The notes beneath the pieces were generated by a model. The model searched no databases, was not told where the DNA came from, and was given only the letters and a program-made list of their open reading frames with translations. The position numbers and the translations under genes are program-made. A DNA stretch of 64,000 nucleotides from an uncultured bacterium (lineage in GTDB: Bacteria > Verrucomicrobiota > Verrucomicrobiia > Limisphaerales > UBA8199). The stretch is taken from positions 294,970 through 358,969 of the forward strand of contig CAVVMW010000019.1 of the NCBI GenBank assembly GCA_963749495.1. The letters are read 5' to 3'. Shown in pieces: positions 63,944 to 64,000 of the stretch; the first letter of the stretch is position 1; each line of letters opens with the position of its first letter.

Positions 63944-64000
63944 AACCACCGTCGGAAACCTGCGCTACGCTGGCGCCCCTGGCGCACAGGCGCGCCGAGC

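Larger units (their letters stand above)
61016..63955 (+). mobile_element. compact large-serine-recombinase integrative element (2940 bp including one GG)
   Basis: Precisely interrupts a repeat; GG at both junctions; symmetric IRs 61030-61044 / 63925-63939. Confidence 0.9.

Noticed and set aside
61016..63955. Prophage
   Set aside because: Under 3 kb with both ends defined and no phage genes.
1..64000. tRNA or rRNA genes
   Set aside because: None recognised by eye; a tRNAscan-SE or Infernal run would be needed to exclude them.

Overview
High-GC bacterial chromosome segment, most consistent with Verrucomicrobiota (Pedosphaera/Limisphaera-like). This is an inference from TIGR03790, DUF3568, a PEP-CTERM variant and 'FYRV'-ended surface proteins. 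Many conserved genes carry single-base frameshifts, probably long-read errors. Housekeeping genes: GH57/DUF4912, phnP-like hydrolase, thpR, gcvT-gcvH-grx-lipA, typA, thyX-like, aroB, trpG/pabA. Three regions stand out. (1) 61016-63955: a compact large-serine-recombinase element inserted at the central GG of a palindromic REP-like repeat. An identical empty target lies at 51490-51520. Its DUF5372-like gene is split across the element ends and regains an ATG only in the excised circle. (2) 40976-49318: a porin-cytochrome cluster with an MtrB/PioB-like barrel, an 8-heme DmsE/MtrA-like protein and two paralogous 9-heme cytochromes carrying surface-protein domains, a candidate extracellular electron transfer system. 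(3) 2351-4350: an IS1634 joining two different 5'-truncated genes. Intergenic space is dense with modular REP/MITE-like palindromes and heptamer tandem repeats, and many genes look leaderless. All family calls come from motif recognition by eye, not database searches.
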